From Halochromatium sp. (GTDB lineage: Bacteria > Pseudomonadota > Gammaproteobacteria > Chromatiales > Chromatiaceae): DNA of 64,000 nucleotides. The number at the start of each line of letters is the position of its first letter. The stretch's first letter is position 1. Location of the stretch: the NCBI GenBank assembly GCA_010912705.1, contig POWB01000024.1, positions 7,778 to 71,777 on the forward strand, in the 5' to 3' direction. Below, piece by piece: positions 1 to 8,986 of the stretch. The position numbers and the translations under genes were made by a program. Below the pieces are notes generated by a model. That model had not been told where the DNA came from and did not search any database. It worked only from the letters and a program-made list of their open reading frames with translations.

Positions 1-450
1 AGCATTATTCGTTATGCGATGGTTGGTATGGCAGTCATGATGCTCGCCATGTTGGCGTTGGTGGCAACCTTTACCACCCGCATGGGCAGCATCACCAGCT
101 ATATGGTGGCAATGGCAGAAGATATGCAAGAGATGCGCATTGATTTCAACACTGTGACCGCAGAAATGCGCAGCATGGAGCAGTCGGTGGCGGCGATGGA
201 TACTTATGTCGCGCCGCTACCCTCGATCTTTTCATCGGTTGATTCGATGTCACTGCACATGAGTACGATGCGCGAAGATCTGGTCAGCGTTGCCGATACT
301 ATGGATCGTATCCAGACCCGGATGCAGTCGCTTGGCGGCTCACTGCGAGCGATGGATCAGAAGATGATCGATATGAGTGGGGCAGTTGGGGGTATTGGCC
401 GCGACGTTAATATCATGTCGCGACCCATGTCGATTTTGCCTAACAATTGA
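1..450 (+). CDS. Met-rich membrane-anchored coiled-coil hypothetical protein (may begin upstream of the window)
   Basis: Frame is open from base 1 (SIIRYA-MVGM...). A hydrophobic N-terminal segment is followed by heptad-like helices; 23 Met in the 143 aa counted from ATG 19. Confidence 0.7.
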   Translation, partial: SIIRYAMVGMAVMMLAMLALVATFTTRMGSITSYMVAMAEDMQEMRIDFNTVTAEMRSMEQSVAAMDTYVAPLPSIFSSVDSMSLHMSTMREDLVSVADTMDRIQTRMQSLGGSLRAMDQKMIDMSGAVGGIGRDVNIMSRPMSILPNN

Positions 451-500
451 TTACGACCTTCCCGCACTGACCCTGTCCAAGGTCGGCTGCTCGGCTGAGC

Positions 501-1841
501 CTATGTTGCTGTATTAGGCGCGGGTCTGCCGGGTGGTGTTATCGGCTGGGTTTGCGCCGCCGGCTCAGGGGTGCTCGCTTCTGGGCTGGCGCTTGGCTGA
601 TCGGCGCTGGTTGTCGGCTGATCGGTGGTTTGGTGGCTGGCGGACCCTCGATCTTGCGACTCCTCTGTTGGCTTTGGAGCAGGTGCTACTCTGGTCTCTG
701 AGGCATTGCCTAAGGGCGCAGGCTCGGTTGCTGGTGTCGCTGTCGTTGCCGTCGTTGCCGTCGTTGCCGTTGCACTGGCTTGTACCTGAGCTGTCGTTGG
801 CGCGCTGCTGGCCGCCGCCGAGCTTGGCGCCTGGTTTTCAGCGCTGTTCTTTGGTGGGGCAATGCTGGAGCTTGTTACGCTAGATGGGCTGGTGCGGATC
901 TCTTTGGTAGGTGCCTGGCTTGCCGCTTGGGCTTGATTGTCTGAAGCGGCAGGCTGGTCAATCTCCGCGCTTGCGCTGGTCGCGGGCTGAGAGGCAGGCT
1001 CTAGGCGTCTGCTTGTGGGCTGTTTGGCTGCACTCGCTAGGGCTGCAGGGGCCGCCCTGCTGCTTGCCTCAGCCTCGGCCTTGGCCATAGCGACTCGGTT
1101 AAGCCTTTCTTGCTCACGCTGTCGGCGTATCCGCTCGGCATAATTACCATAGTCGGGGCCCTGACCAATGACGGTAACACGGGTGCCAATGCCGGTGTGT
1201 GCAAACAGGTTCGAGGCAATCTCATCTGGGAGACGGATGCAGCCATGTGAGGCTGGCTGGCCAGGTCTGGGGATAGCGCCAGCGTGCATGCCGATGCCGT
1301 CATAGGTCATGCGCATGAAGTGGGGCATGCGGGCGCCGACAAATTTCCCCCCGGCGGGTATAGGGTCGCTGGAGCGTGCGTTGCGTTTATGCAGGCCGCC
1401 TTTGGCGTTATAGATGCGGCCGTATAGGTTGGAGCGTTTCTTGGCGACCTTCTCGAGGACCTCGAACTCACCGCTTGGGGTGGGGTGCGATGAGACTCCA
1501 GATGCAATGGTGGTCCAGCCCACCTGCTCTTGGCCATCATAGAACCGCGCACGCTGTTCGTTAGTGTCGATGACGACATGCGAGATGTCGCGTCCGCTGC
1601 CGTTCCATTCGTAGAGCTTGTCAGGCTCCGGATCTTCTTGCGGTTCTGGGATGGTCTGCGGCGAAGTCGCGGCCGTTTCTGGCTCAGGCTCGGCATCGAT
1701 CTCGGCAGGAGGCGTCGTACCCGCTGCCGTAGGGAATGATAACTGAGCACAGCCAGTCAGTAGAAACAGGGCGCCGAGCGCTGACAGCTGGACCCAGAGG
1801 GATAAGGCGAAGTTAGAAGAGGAATAGCTTTGTTTACGCAT
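501..1841 (-). CDS. L,D-transpeptidase (YkuD family) lipoprotein with Ala/Pro/Thr/Gln-rich C-terminal tail
   Basis: Lipobox-like LLTGC; catalytic motif GIGMHAG...ASHGCIRL; TPSGEF motif. Confidence 0.9.
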   Translation of the reverse strand: MRKQSYSSSNFALSLWVQLSALGALFLLTGCAQLSFPTAAGTTPPAEIDAEPEPETAATSPQTIPEPQEDPEPDKLYEWNGSGRDISHVVIDTNEQRARFYDGQEQVGWTTIASGVSSHPTPSGEFEVLEKVAKKRSNLYGRIYNAKGGLHKRNARSSDPIPAGGKFVGARMPHFMRMTYDGIGMHAGAIPRPGQPASHGCIRLPDEIASNLFAHTGIGTRVTVIGQGPDYGNYAERIRRQREQERLNRVAMAKAEAEASSRAAPAALASAAKQPTSRRLEPASQPATSASAEIDQPAASDNQAQAASQAPTKEIRTSPSSVTSSSIAPPKNSAENQAPSSAAASSAPTTAQVQASATATTATTATTATPATEPAPLGNASETRVAPAPKPTEESQDRGSASHQTTDQPTTSADQPSASPEASTPEPAAQTQPITPPGRPAPNTAT

Positions 1842-2090
1842 GGCTTAAGGTCAGGCTCTCTGGGACCGGCAGCGTCAAGGACAAAACATGGTAACCCATG
1901 AAACCCTGTGGGGGGGTCAGCGAAGAGCAGGAATGTCCCTGAGGCTCGTCCTGCTGCAGTCGTTAGGATATGGGTTTTGATGCCGGTCCGGGAGGCCAAT
2001 TCTGCATACATTTCATGGGGTAGTGGATATAATTTAGCTGGGATCACGGTCCCTGTTCAGAACCCTTGTAAGAATCGAGGAGGAGACATC

Positions 2091-2402
2091 ATGCGCAAAT
2101 TGTTGATCACAGCTGCGGGTGCTGCGCTGGCCGGGGCACTCTTTACGATGCCTGCACAGGCCTTCTGGGGCTCTTGGGATGATGGCCCTTGGTATGGCGG
2201 CCCCTGGCACGGAGGGCCTTGGTACGGAGGCTATCCCTACTATGGCGGTTATCCCCATTATGGTGGCTACGGCAATCCCTACTATGGCGGCTGGGGACAG
2301 CCTTGGGGCTATTATGGCTCGCCCTACTCCTATTATGGCTACGGCGCACCCTATGCTGCACCGGCCCCGCAGGCACCTGCTGAGTCTGATACCGCACGCT
2401 GA
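2091..2402 (+). CDS. Sulfur globule envelope protein (SgpA/SgpB-like Gly/Tyr/Trp/Pro-rich secreted protein)
   Basis: Strong RBS GAGGAGGAGA before ATG 2091; Sec signal ending AQA|FWG; GGPWY and GGYPYY repeats; YGAPYAAP tail typical of Chromatiaceae Sgp proteins. Confidence 0.8.
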   Translation: MRKLLITAAGAALAGALFTMPAQAFWGSWDDGPWYGGPWHGGPWYGGYPYYGGYPHYGGYGNPYYGGWGQPWGYYGSPYSYYGYGAPYAAPAPQAPAESDTAR

Positions 2403-2460
2403 TCTCGGACATCTCAGTCGTTAGCTGCACTGGCTCTCTGCATCCAGTGTCAGCCACTCG

Positions 2461-2487
2461 AAGGGCCGGCGCTGCCGGCCCTTTTTT
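2461..2487 (+). terminator. Rho-independent terminator (possibly bidirectional)
   Basis: AGGGCCGGC-GCT-GCCGGCCCT hairpin running into a T tract, between convergent genes. Confidence 0.85.
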
Positions 2488-2498
2488 GTGGGCACTGC

Positions 2499-4379
2499 TC
2501 AGAAAGGCACCAGGGCGGGATAGTCACGAAACAGCCGCTTTGCGTCAAAGCTGGGCGGGCTCAAGAGTGGGTCGCCCGCGGGCCAGGGTGGCTGCGGCAG
2601 CTCGCCGGCAACTAAGGCCTCATGCTCACGGGCGATGAGTCGCTGTTCCGCCGGTGGCGCCATCCAGCCAATGGATGTGATGAGGGCGGCAAGTATCTCG
2701 GCGCCGCGCTCTGGTGAGCCAGAGGCTGCGGTTGCGAGTGCAAGCAGTCGTTGGTGGGGTGGGATCGGCGCTTTCGCGGTGAGCCTGCGCGCAATCTCCA
2801 ACGCTGCGACCGGGTCTCTCAGCTCAGCGCTCCGGGCTGCTGCAAGCAGCCTTGCCTCGGCATAAGCGAGCTGATCATCCGCTGGGTGGGCTTTTCGCAA
2901 GCCATTGATCTCCTTCACAAGCTGGCGCTCATCGACACCGGCACGCGCTCCGGCAATCAATGCCAGCAGCCGGGCGGGGGCTGCCTTTGGATCTGCCTTG
3001 AGCGTGGCTTGGTAGCCGCTGGCAGCTTGGCGATACTGGCCGGCGGCAAAATCCAGGTTGGCGAGCTGAAACAGGGCGCCGGCGTGCTCGGGATCAGCGG
3101 CTAGCACTGCACGATAGGCTTGAGCGGCCTGGTCTGGACTGCCATTCGCCTGCCGCAGCACACCGAGAAAGAACCATGCAGATGCCTGCGCTGATAAATC
3201 TTCGGCTGTTGCGCGACCTGAATCCGCGGCCTCTTGGTCTGCATTGATCAACTGCTGGAGCGCTTGCTCGGCCTGCAGCTGCTCACCCCGGAGGAAGCGC
3301 ACGCGTGCGTAGCTGACGCGGGCCGCGGCATTGTCCGGCCTGATGGCGAGGCCGGCGGCAAACTCATCGGCGGCCGTAACGTAATCGGCCTGGCGCACCG
3401 CATGCATGGCGCGCTCAAATGCCGGTAGCGCGCGTTGCGTCGAGGTCCGCAGCTCATCGAGTAATGGGTCGTCGATCTGCGGCGAGCGCAGCACAAAGCG
3501 CTCCATCTGTGCCCTAGCCTCGGCCTCGAGTCCAAGGCCCTGGTAGGCGCGCGCCAGCGGGTAGTGCACCTCGGTCGCATCTGGGTTGGCGTCCAGCGCG
3601 GCCTCGAGATGGCCTCGCGCAGCCTCATAACGACGCTCGAGCAAGGCAATCTGACCCAGATAATACTGCACCGGCGCGCGCAGCGCGGGCACTGCGACGA
3701 CCTGCTCAAAGGCCGCACGCGCAGCGGTGAGGTTGCCGCGGTCGAGCTGTACCTTGCCGAGACGCACAGCCAGGGTCGGATAGCCATCATCGAGCTTGGA
3801 AGCCTGCTCAAGGTAGCCCAAAGCGCGCTCGAGGTTGCCGGCCAGCATCGCCATGTAGCCCGCGTAATAAGGCCAGCGCAGCTCACCAGGGTCAAGCTGC
3901 ATGGCATTGCGCAAGCAGGCATCGGCCTGGGTCTCGACCTCCAGCAGCAAGAGGCGCGCGCCAAGTCGGCCATAGGCGCGGCCGAGTGTTACCCGGTCAG
4001 GGTCTGCCTGCAAGAGCTGCTGAGCGACGGCTTCGCGAGCCTCGCGCAGCGCTTGCTGCATCAATGGCTCAGCACCGCTGATGTCGGCCTCGGTCACCGG
4101 CTGTAGCCTCTCTACCCAGCGCTCAGGCAGCTCCGAGAGGGCATCAGCGAGTGCCTTGCCGTTACCGATGGTGCCAACGAGAGCACCGCAAAGCAGCACT
4201 AATGGCAATCGTGGTAATAGTCGCGGAGCAAGCGCGGGCTGCAACATCTGGAGAGGATTGCAAGCAAGGGCAATCTGCTTTCTGAGTGAGCGTTGAAGAT
4301 AAGGGCCTCTGACGAACACCGATGCGTGCCGATGAATAGGGATAAAAAATCTTCTTGAGAGAGGCTGTTGTTGTTTCAT
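2499..4379 (-). CDS. Tetratricopeptide repeat protein (true start may be downstream)
   Basis: Repeated TPR helices (YYLGQIALLERRYEAARGHLEAAL; AWFFLGVL...AAQAYRAVL; ALFQLANL); hydrophobic signal-like segment. Confidence 0.8.
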   Translation of the reverse strand: MKQQQPLSRRFFIPIHRHASVFVRGPYLQRSLRKQIALACNPLQMLQPALAPRLLPRLPLVLLCGALVGTIGNGKALADALSELPERWVERLQPVTEADISGAEPLMQQALREAREAVAQQLLQADPDRVTLGRAYGRLGARLLLLEVETQADACLRNAMQLDPGELRWPYYAGYMAMLAGNLERALGYLEQASKLDDGYPTLAVRLGKVQLDRGNLTAARAAFEQVVAVPALRAPVQYYLGQIALLERRYEAARGHLEAALDANPDATEVHYPLARAYQGLGLEAEARAQMERFVLRSPQIDDPLLDELRTSTQRALPAFERAMHAVRQADYVTAADEFAAGLAIRPDNAAARVSYARVRFLRGEQLQAEQALQQLINADQEAADSGRATAEDLSAQASAWFFLGVLRQANGSPDQAAQAYRAVLAADPEHAGALFQLANLDFAAGQYRQAASGYQATLKADPKAAPARLLALIAGARAGVDERQLVKEINGLRKAHPADDQLAYAEARLLAAARSAELRDPVAALEIARRLTAKAPIPPHQRLLALATAASGSPERGAEILAALITSIGWMAPPAEQRLIAREHEALVAGELPQPPWPAGDPLLSPPSFDAKRLFRDYPALVPF

Positions 4380-4385
4380 GACCCG

Positions 4386-5519
4386 TCAAGTCCCGTGCCC
4401 TGTGGGATCGCTTACCTCTGTTTCCGGGACAGCTTCCTGGGTATCACCGCTCTCTGGCGTTGATGGGGGAGCGGGCATTGCAGCTGAGGCCCCCGCGTCA
4501 GTACCCATCAGCTGCGCTGGAGCAAGCTCGAGAAGGCCTTCGAGGTTGTACTCGGACAGCTCGTAGAGTAGCGGATCAGTGCCGGTTTGCAGGAGATAGT
4601 CGCCATGATCGCTCGCGTAAAGGGTACGGCTCAGAGTCGTGCCGTCATCGAGGCCAATCTCAAGACTGAGTATCGGCCTGGACAGCGAGTCAGTTTCTTC
4701 AGCGCCAGCAGTGTCCGTCTGATCGATCCCAATGCTGGATGCCATCCGAACCCCTTGATAGCTCAGATTGGCGATGCGACTGAGCAGCGCCTGCATCTCA
4801 GCCTGGTCCAGCTTGGTCTGAACTGAATCGGCGCCGGTATCGAGCTGCCAGTTGCCCGCAACCCGTTTCAGCGTCCAATCATCCTGACGGATGCGCTCGA
4901 TGGTCTCAGCGTCGAGCCGGAGCTGGTCGCGTCGTACCCAGTCATCAGGACCGCTCGCGATCTGGAAGCTGGCCAGCGGCAGATCATAGATCGCCTCTTC
5001 GCCAGCAAGACGGGCAAAGAGACGATGAAAGCCGGGCGCATCACCGGTCAGCAGCGTCACGAGATCGCCCTCATCACTGGCCAGACTGATCGTACGCTCG
5101 GCATTGTCATCGGCAACCTTGAGCCGCTGTTGCGCCTCGCGGCTAGTACCAACCGGCAGCGGTCGTTGCAAGTCCATCAGGCTTTGCAATAGCTGCTCGA
5201 CCTTGTCGGCATCGGCCGGGAAGTCAGCGAGCGCTGGCAGCGTCCAGCCCGCGCTGGTGCGGGCGAGCAAGACTTGATCGTCCGCGCTGCGGATCTCGAT
5301 CTGCGTCACCTGATCGCTTCGGAGCGCAAGCAGCGGCGCATCAGCAGCGGTGGGTCGCAGCGGATGGCTGGCGAGCACCAGTGCGGCAACTAGCTGTGCC
5401 AGCAGCAGTAAGACCAGGACGCTCAGGGTCGGCGTCTGCAGCGCCTGTCGCCAGCTCGGCTCGAGCCCGCTGAGCGAGCGGCGGAAGACGCCCGCTAGCC
5501 AGTTCGATCGATCGTTCAT
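4386..5519 (-). CDS. DUF4340-domain membrane-anchored protein (GldFG-type ABC accessory)
   Basis: N-terminal TM; W.LP....PAD..KV..LL motif repeated; directly downstream of a GldG-type gene. Confidence 0.75.
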   Translation of the reverse strand: MNDRSNWLAGVFRRSLSGLEPSWRQALQTPTLSVLVLLLLAQLVAALVLASHPLRPTAADAPLLALRSDQVTQIEIRSADDQVLLARTSAGWTLPALADFPADADKVEQLLQSLMDLQRPLPVGTSREAQQRLKVADDNAERTISLASDEGDLVTLLTGDAPGFHRLFARLAGEEAIYDLPLASFQIASGPDDWVRRDQLRLDAETIERIRQDDWTLKRVAGNWQLDTGADSVQTKLDQAEMQALLSRIANLSYQGVRMASSIGIDQTDTAGAEETDSLSRPILSLEIGLDDGTTLSRTLYASDHGDYLLQTGTDPLLYELSEYNLEGLLELAPAQLMGTDAGASAAMPAPPSTPESGDTQEAVPETEVSDPTGHGT

Positions 5520-5522
5520 GTC

Positions 5523-8471
5523 TCAGCCCTCCAAGATTGCGGCTAGAGCTTGCTCGCGGCGCCGGCGCAGCAGCCGGTGTAGTGCAAAGACCAGCGCGAG
5601 TCCGCCTAGTGCGAGCAGATAGTTCAGCGTTTCTAGCAGCATGCGTTGCTCACGCCCAAGAGGCTCGAGCAGCCGGCTGTACTGACCACGGCCACGCAAC
5701 GCGAGCAGCCCGCGATCCTCGAGCGACCAGTCGATGGCATTTTGGATCAGTGTCAGCGGGGCTAGGTAGCGGCTCTGAGTGGCCTCGGTCGCAAGGCTGA
5801 TGGCGGTGTCGGAGAGAAAGCTCGAGGAGCCGAGCAAGATCAATCGCGCCGAGCTTGGTGAATGTTCGACCACGCCGGCAAGCCGTGGTGTCGGCTCGCT
5901 GATGGCGCTGTTGCTAGCGCCCTGCTCTCGGGTTTGGTCGGCTTCCTCAGTGGCGTCGAGCCCATCAGGAAGATCCTGCGCCTGCTCGCGTGCCTGCTCC
6001 TCGCTGAGCAGCGGCGAGAGCTGACCGGCGAAGGCCGATACAAAACGTCCCTCGAGCAAGACGCCGAGCAGCTTGCGTCCTCGGTCATTACCAGGCTCAA
6101 AGCCAAGCTCGGGATAGGCCTCCAGATCGGGCTGCACATCGCTGTCCTTACGCGTCCAGGCCGCGGGCGAGGATTCAATCAAAGGGACGACCTGGCGCTC
6201 AGCATTGACCTCGGCATCGACCGCGATCGGCGCTGCCCAGGTCATGGTCAGCTGGCCGAGCCCGGCGGTGATGCCAGAGTCCTGATTCAGTCCATCGTCG
6301 CGCACGTCCGGGAAATAAGGATATGGCAGCATCTGGATCTCTTCGACCAAGAAGCCGCCGAGATTGCGTTGGACCGGAATCGGAAATGGCGTGTTCTGCG
6401 AGTCTAGTACCAGCCCCGGGCCGAGCCGTAGGCCAAGCCCGTTGAGCCAGTCCTCAAGTCCGGTGGGCTGCTCGATGGCGCTGATGCGGCCACCACCGAG
6501 GTCGACAGCCAGTGGTGCCATGGCTAGGATTACTGTGCCGCCTTGCATCAGGAATTGATCGATGGCGAAGCGCTGGTGATCGTCCAGCGCTTCGGGGCCG
6601 ATGACCAACAGCAGATCAGCCTGCTCCGGTACCTGACCCGCGCGCAGATCAGTGGGCAGCAAGTTGAAATTGGCTTGCAGCACCTCCTCCAGCAGGCTGT
6701 AGCCTGGGTCAGTCGCACCCATGCCCATCATGGTCGCTGTCGGCTCAGGACGATACAGGGCGATGCTGCGCAGCACACCGGGGGCGAAGCGCTTGATCGC
6801 CGCGCTCAGGCTACGGCGTAGACCGGCGGCATCGAGCTGCTCAGGCAGCGCCACCGGGATCGTCTGCCCGGTTTGCTCGAGCACCAGTGCGAAATAGAAG
6901 GGACGTGGATCAAACAGATCCAGGATCAGTGGCTGGAGGCCAAAACGCTCGGCAATCTCCTGCTCCAAGGCTGGGTTGTCTGCGGGGTCGATGATCTCCC
7001 AACTGAAGCGCCCAGCGGATTCGTTGGCCAACTCGGTGAGCAGCGTCTCAAGCTCTTTACGTAGATCGGGGAGTGGTGCTGGGAGCGCCGCAGGAGCGGA
7101 GATGAACGCGCGCAGGCGGACTGGCTGGCTGATGCCAGCGAAGAGATCGCCACCCGCCTGCCAGCCGTAAAGCACCTTCTTGATCGCACGAGTGAGGTCA
7201 TATTCGGGATTGCGCAGCACCACGTCGAGATCGGTCTCGCCGCGTACCTTGACATCGATCAGATCCTGAAAGCCCAGCACCTCGTGGCTATCACCATACT
7301 TCACCAGGATGTCGAAATAGGAGTTGACCACGCCGGCTTGATACTTGCTAGCGGTCTGGAAGGCGACCGGTTGGATGCCGTATTGCTCACCGGCCTCGCG
7401 CTCACGCTCGGGATCATTATGCGGATCAACCAGCTCGACGAGCACGCGCCCATTGCCAGCCGCCTGATACTCGCGCAGCAGGTCGCGCAGCTGCGGCACC
7501 AGGGGCGCGAGCAGCGGATGCGTCTCAGCGCTGAAATAGCCGCGGATCAATAGCGGCTCTTGGAGCTGATCCAAGTAGGTCTGGGTCGTCTCCGAGAGGG
7601 TATAGACTGCGCCCCGGGTCAGGTCGGCGCGCATAGCATCGAGCTGATGCAGCCAAAGATTGGCGGCGAGCAGGTTGGCAATCGCCAAGCCGGTGAGCAA
7701 GGACCAGCGCTGATGACCGAGGCGACGCTGGCCATCGAGCGCGGTATCGCGAGCCCAGCGCAGGCGTTCCAGACTGTCTAGAGTCAGCAGCAGGAAGGCG
7801 CCAATCAGGCTTAGATAGTAGTAGAGATCGCGCAGATCGATGACACCGCGGGTGATCGACTCGAACCTAGCACCAGAGCCGAGCAGCCGCAGCAGCTCGC
7901 TGCCACCATGCCCGGCCAGGCTGGTGAGCGCTGGCGAGCCGAGCAGATAGAGCAGGCTCGCAACCAGCGTGGTGCCGATCAGGGCAACGATTGGGTTATC
8001 GGTACGCGCCGAGACGAACAGACCGATGGCGATGTAGGCCGCCGCCAGCAGCAGGGTTGCCAGATAGGCGCCGATCACTGGTCCCCAGTCGAGCGGGCCG
8101 ATCAGGGCAACGGTGAGCGGCAGCGGCAGGGTCAGCGCCAGCGCGATCGCTACCAACGCCCAAGCGGCAAGGAATTTGCCGAGTACCAGGCGCCAGGTTG
8201 GCACCGGCAGCGTCGCCAATAGCTCCAGCGTACCGGCGCGGCGCTCCTCACTCCACAGGCGCATGGTCAGTGCCGCGGCGAGAAAGATCAGCAGCAGCGG
8301 CATCCAGTCGAATAAGGGTCGGGTATCGGCGATGTTGCGCGCGAAGAAGGCCTCGGCCCAGAAGAACACAAACAGGGTGACAGCGAGGAAGGCGCCGATG
8401 AATAGATAGGCAACCGGCGAGCCGAAGAAGGAGGAGAGTTCCTTGCGGGTGATGCGCAAGATGTCAGTCAT
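5523..8471 (-). CDS. GldF/GldG-type fused ABC transporter permease plus auxiliary component
   Basis: MTDILRITRKELSSFFGSPVAY; TMRLWSEERRAGTLELL; DLT....YTLS..T; EYDLTRAI; AIDQFLMQGG; NAIDWSLED. ATG at 8471. Confidence 0.9.
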   Translation of the reverse strand: MTDILRITRKELSSFFGSPVAYLFIGAFLAVTLFVFFWAEAFFARNIADTRPLFDWMPLLLIFLAAALTMRLWSEERRAGTLELLATLPVPTWRLVLGKFLAAWALVAIALALTLPLPLTVALIGPLDWGPVIGAYLATLLLAAAYIAIGLFVSARTDNPIVALIGTTLVASLLYLLGSPALTSLAGHGGSELLRLLGSGARFESITRGVIDLRDLYYYLSLIGAFLLLTLDSLERLRWARDTALDGQRRLGHQRWSLLTGLAIANLLAANLWLHQLDAMRADLTRGAVYTLSETTQTYLDQLQEPLLIRGYFSAETHPLLAPLVPQLRDLLREYQAAGNGRVLVELVDPHNDPEREREAGEQYGIQPVAFQTASKYQAGVVNSYFDILVKYGDSHEVLGFQDLIDVKVRGETDLDVVLRNPEYDLTRAIKKVLYGWQAGGDLFAGISQPVRLRAFISAPAALPAPLPDLRKELETLLTELANESAGRFSWEIIDPADNPALEQEIAERFGLQPLILDLFDPRPFYFALVLEQTGQTIPVALPEQLDAAGLRRSLSAAIKRFAPGVLRSIALYRPEPTATMMGMGATDPGYSLLEEVLQANFNLLPTDLRAGQVPEQADLLLVIGPEALDDHQRFAIDQFLMQGGTVILAMAPLAVDLGGGRISAIEQPTGLEDWLNGLGLRLGPGLVLDSQNTPFPIPVQRNLGGFLVEEIQMLPYPYFPDVRDDGLNQDSGITAGLGQLTMTWAAPIAVDAEVNAERQVVPLIESSPAAWTRKDSDVQPDLEAYPELGFEPGNDRGRKLLGVLLEGRFVSAFAGQLSPLLSEEQAREQAQDLPDGLDATEEADQTREQGASNSAISEPTPRLAGVVEHSPSSARLILLGSSSFLSDTAISLATEATQSRYLAPLTLIQNAIDWSLEDRGLLALRGRGQYSRLLEPLGREQRMLLETLNYLLALGGLALVFALHRLLRRRREQALAAILEG

Positions 8472-8690
8472 GGCTCGATGCCTCCAGGGCTGAGCCTGCT
8501 GTCGCGGTTGCCGCAGACGCAGTGGTCGGGATCTGCTCGCCGCTAGCGACGGCGCCAAATAGGGCTTCGAGATCGCGCCGCTCTGGCGTCAGTCTGTAGA
8601 GCCTCCAGCCGCGCTCGGCCGCGATCTGAGCAATCCATGGTGCGAGCGGTTTTGGATCAGGGGTCTGCAGTGCAAAATGCTCTTTTGGTA
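8464..8690 (-). pseudogene. 3' remnant of the cognate GldA-type ABC ATP-binding gene
   Basis: Reads EHFALQTPDPKPLAPWIAQIAAERGWRLYRLTPERRDLEALF...SHD*, with the stop overlapping the permease start. No in-frame start codon before an upstream TAA at 8761-8763; no Walker motifs. Confidence 0.7.
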
Positions 8691-8986
8691 AGCTTGAAAT
8701 GTGCCGATGTCCCTGCAGAGTTTGTTGGCTTTTCGGTCCATATCCGTTTATTCTACAAGGTTAAGATCAAGCACATGCTAATAGGCTAAATTGCTGAAAT
8801 TCTTGTCGCAAAGGGTGCCCATCAACCTGATTGCTTGGCTCCTGCGCGTCTTCAAGGCCAGCGCTGAAGGGTCTGGCTGCTCTCCAGCTTAGCTTGGCAG
8901 GATTGGCCCAGTAGGATTGGCAATCGCTGGCTTGATGTGCTTCGGGTACCTGGACGTAAAGACGACTAAAGAGGCGGTAGACTTCG

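Noticed and set aside
742-772. 9-bp repeats GTCGTTGCC
   Set aside because: They encode the Thr/Ala linker of the L,D-transpeptidase tail.
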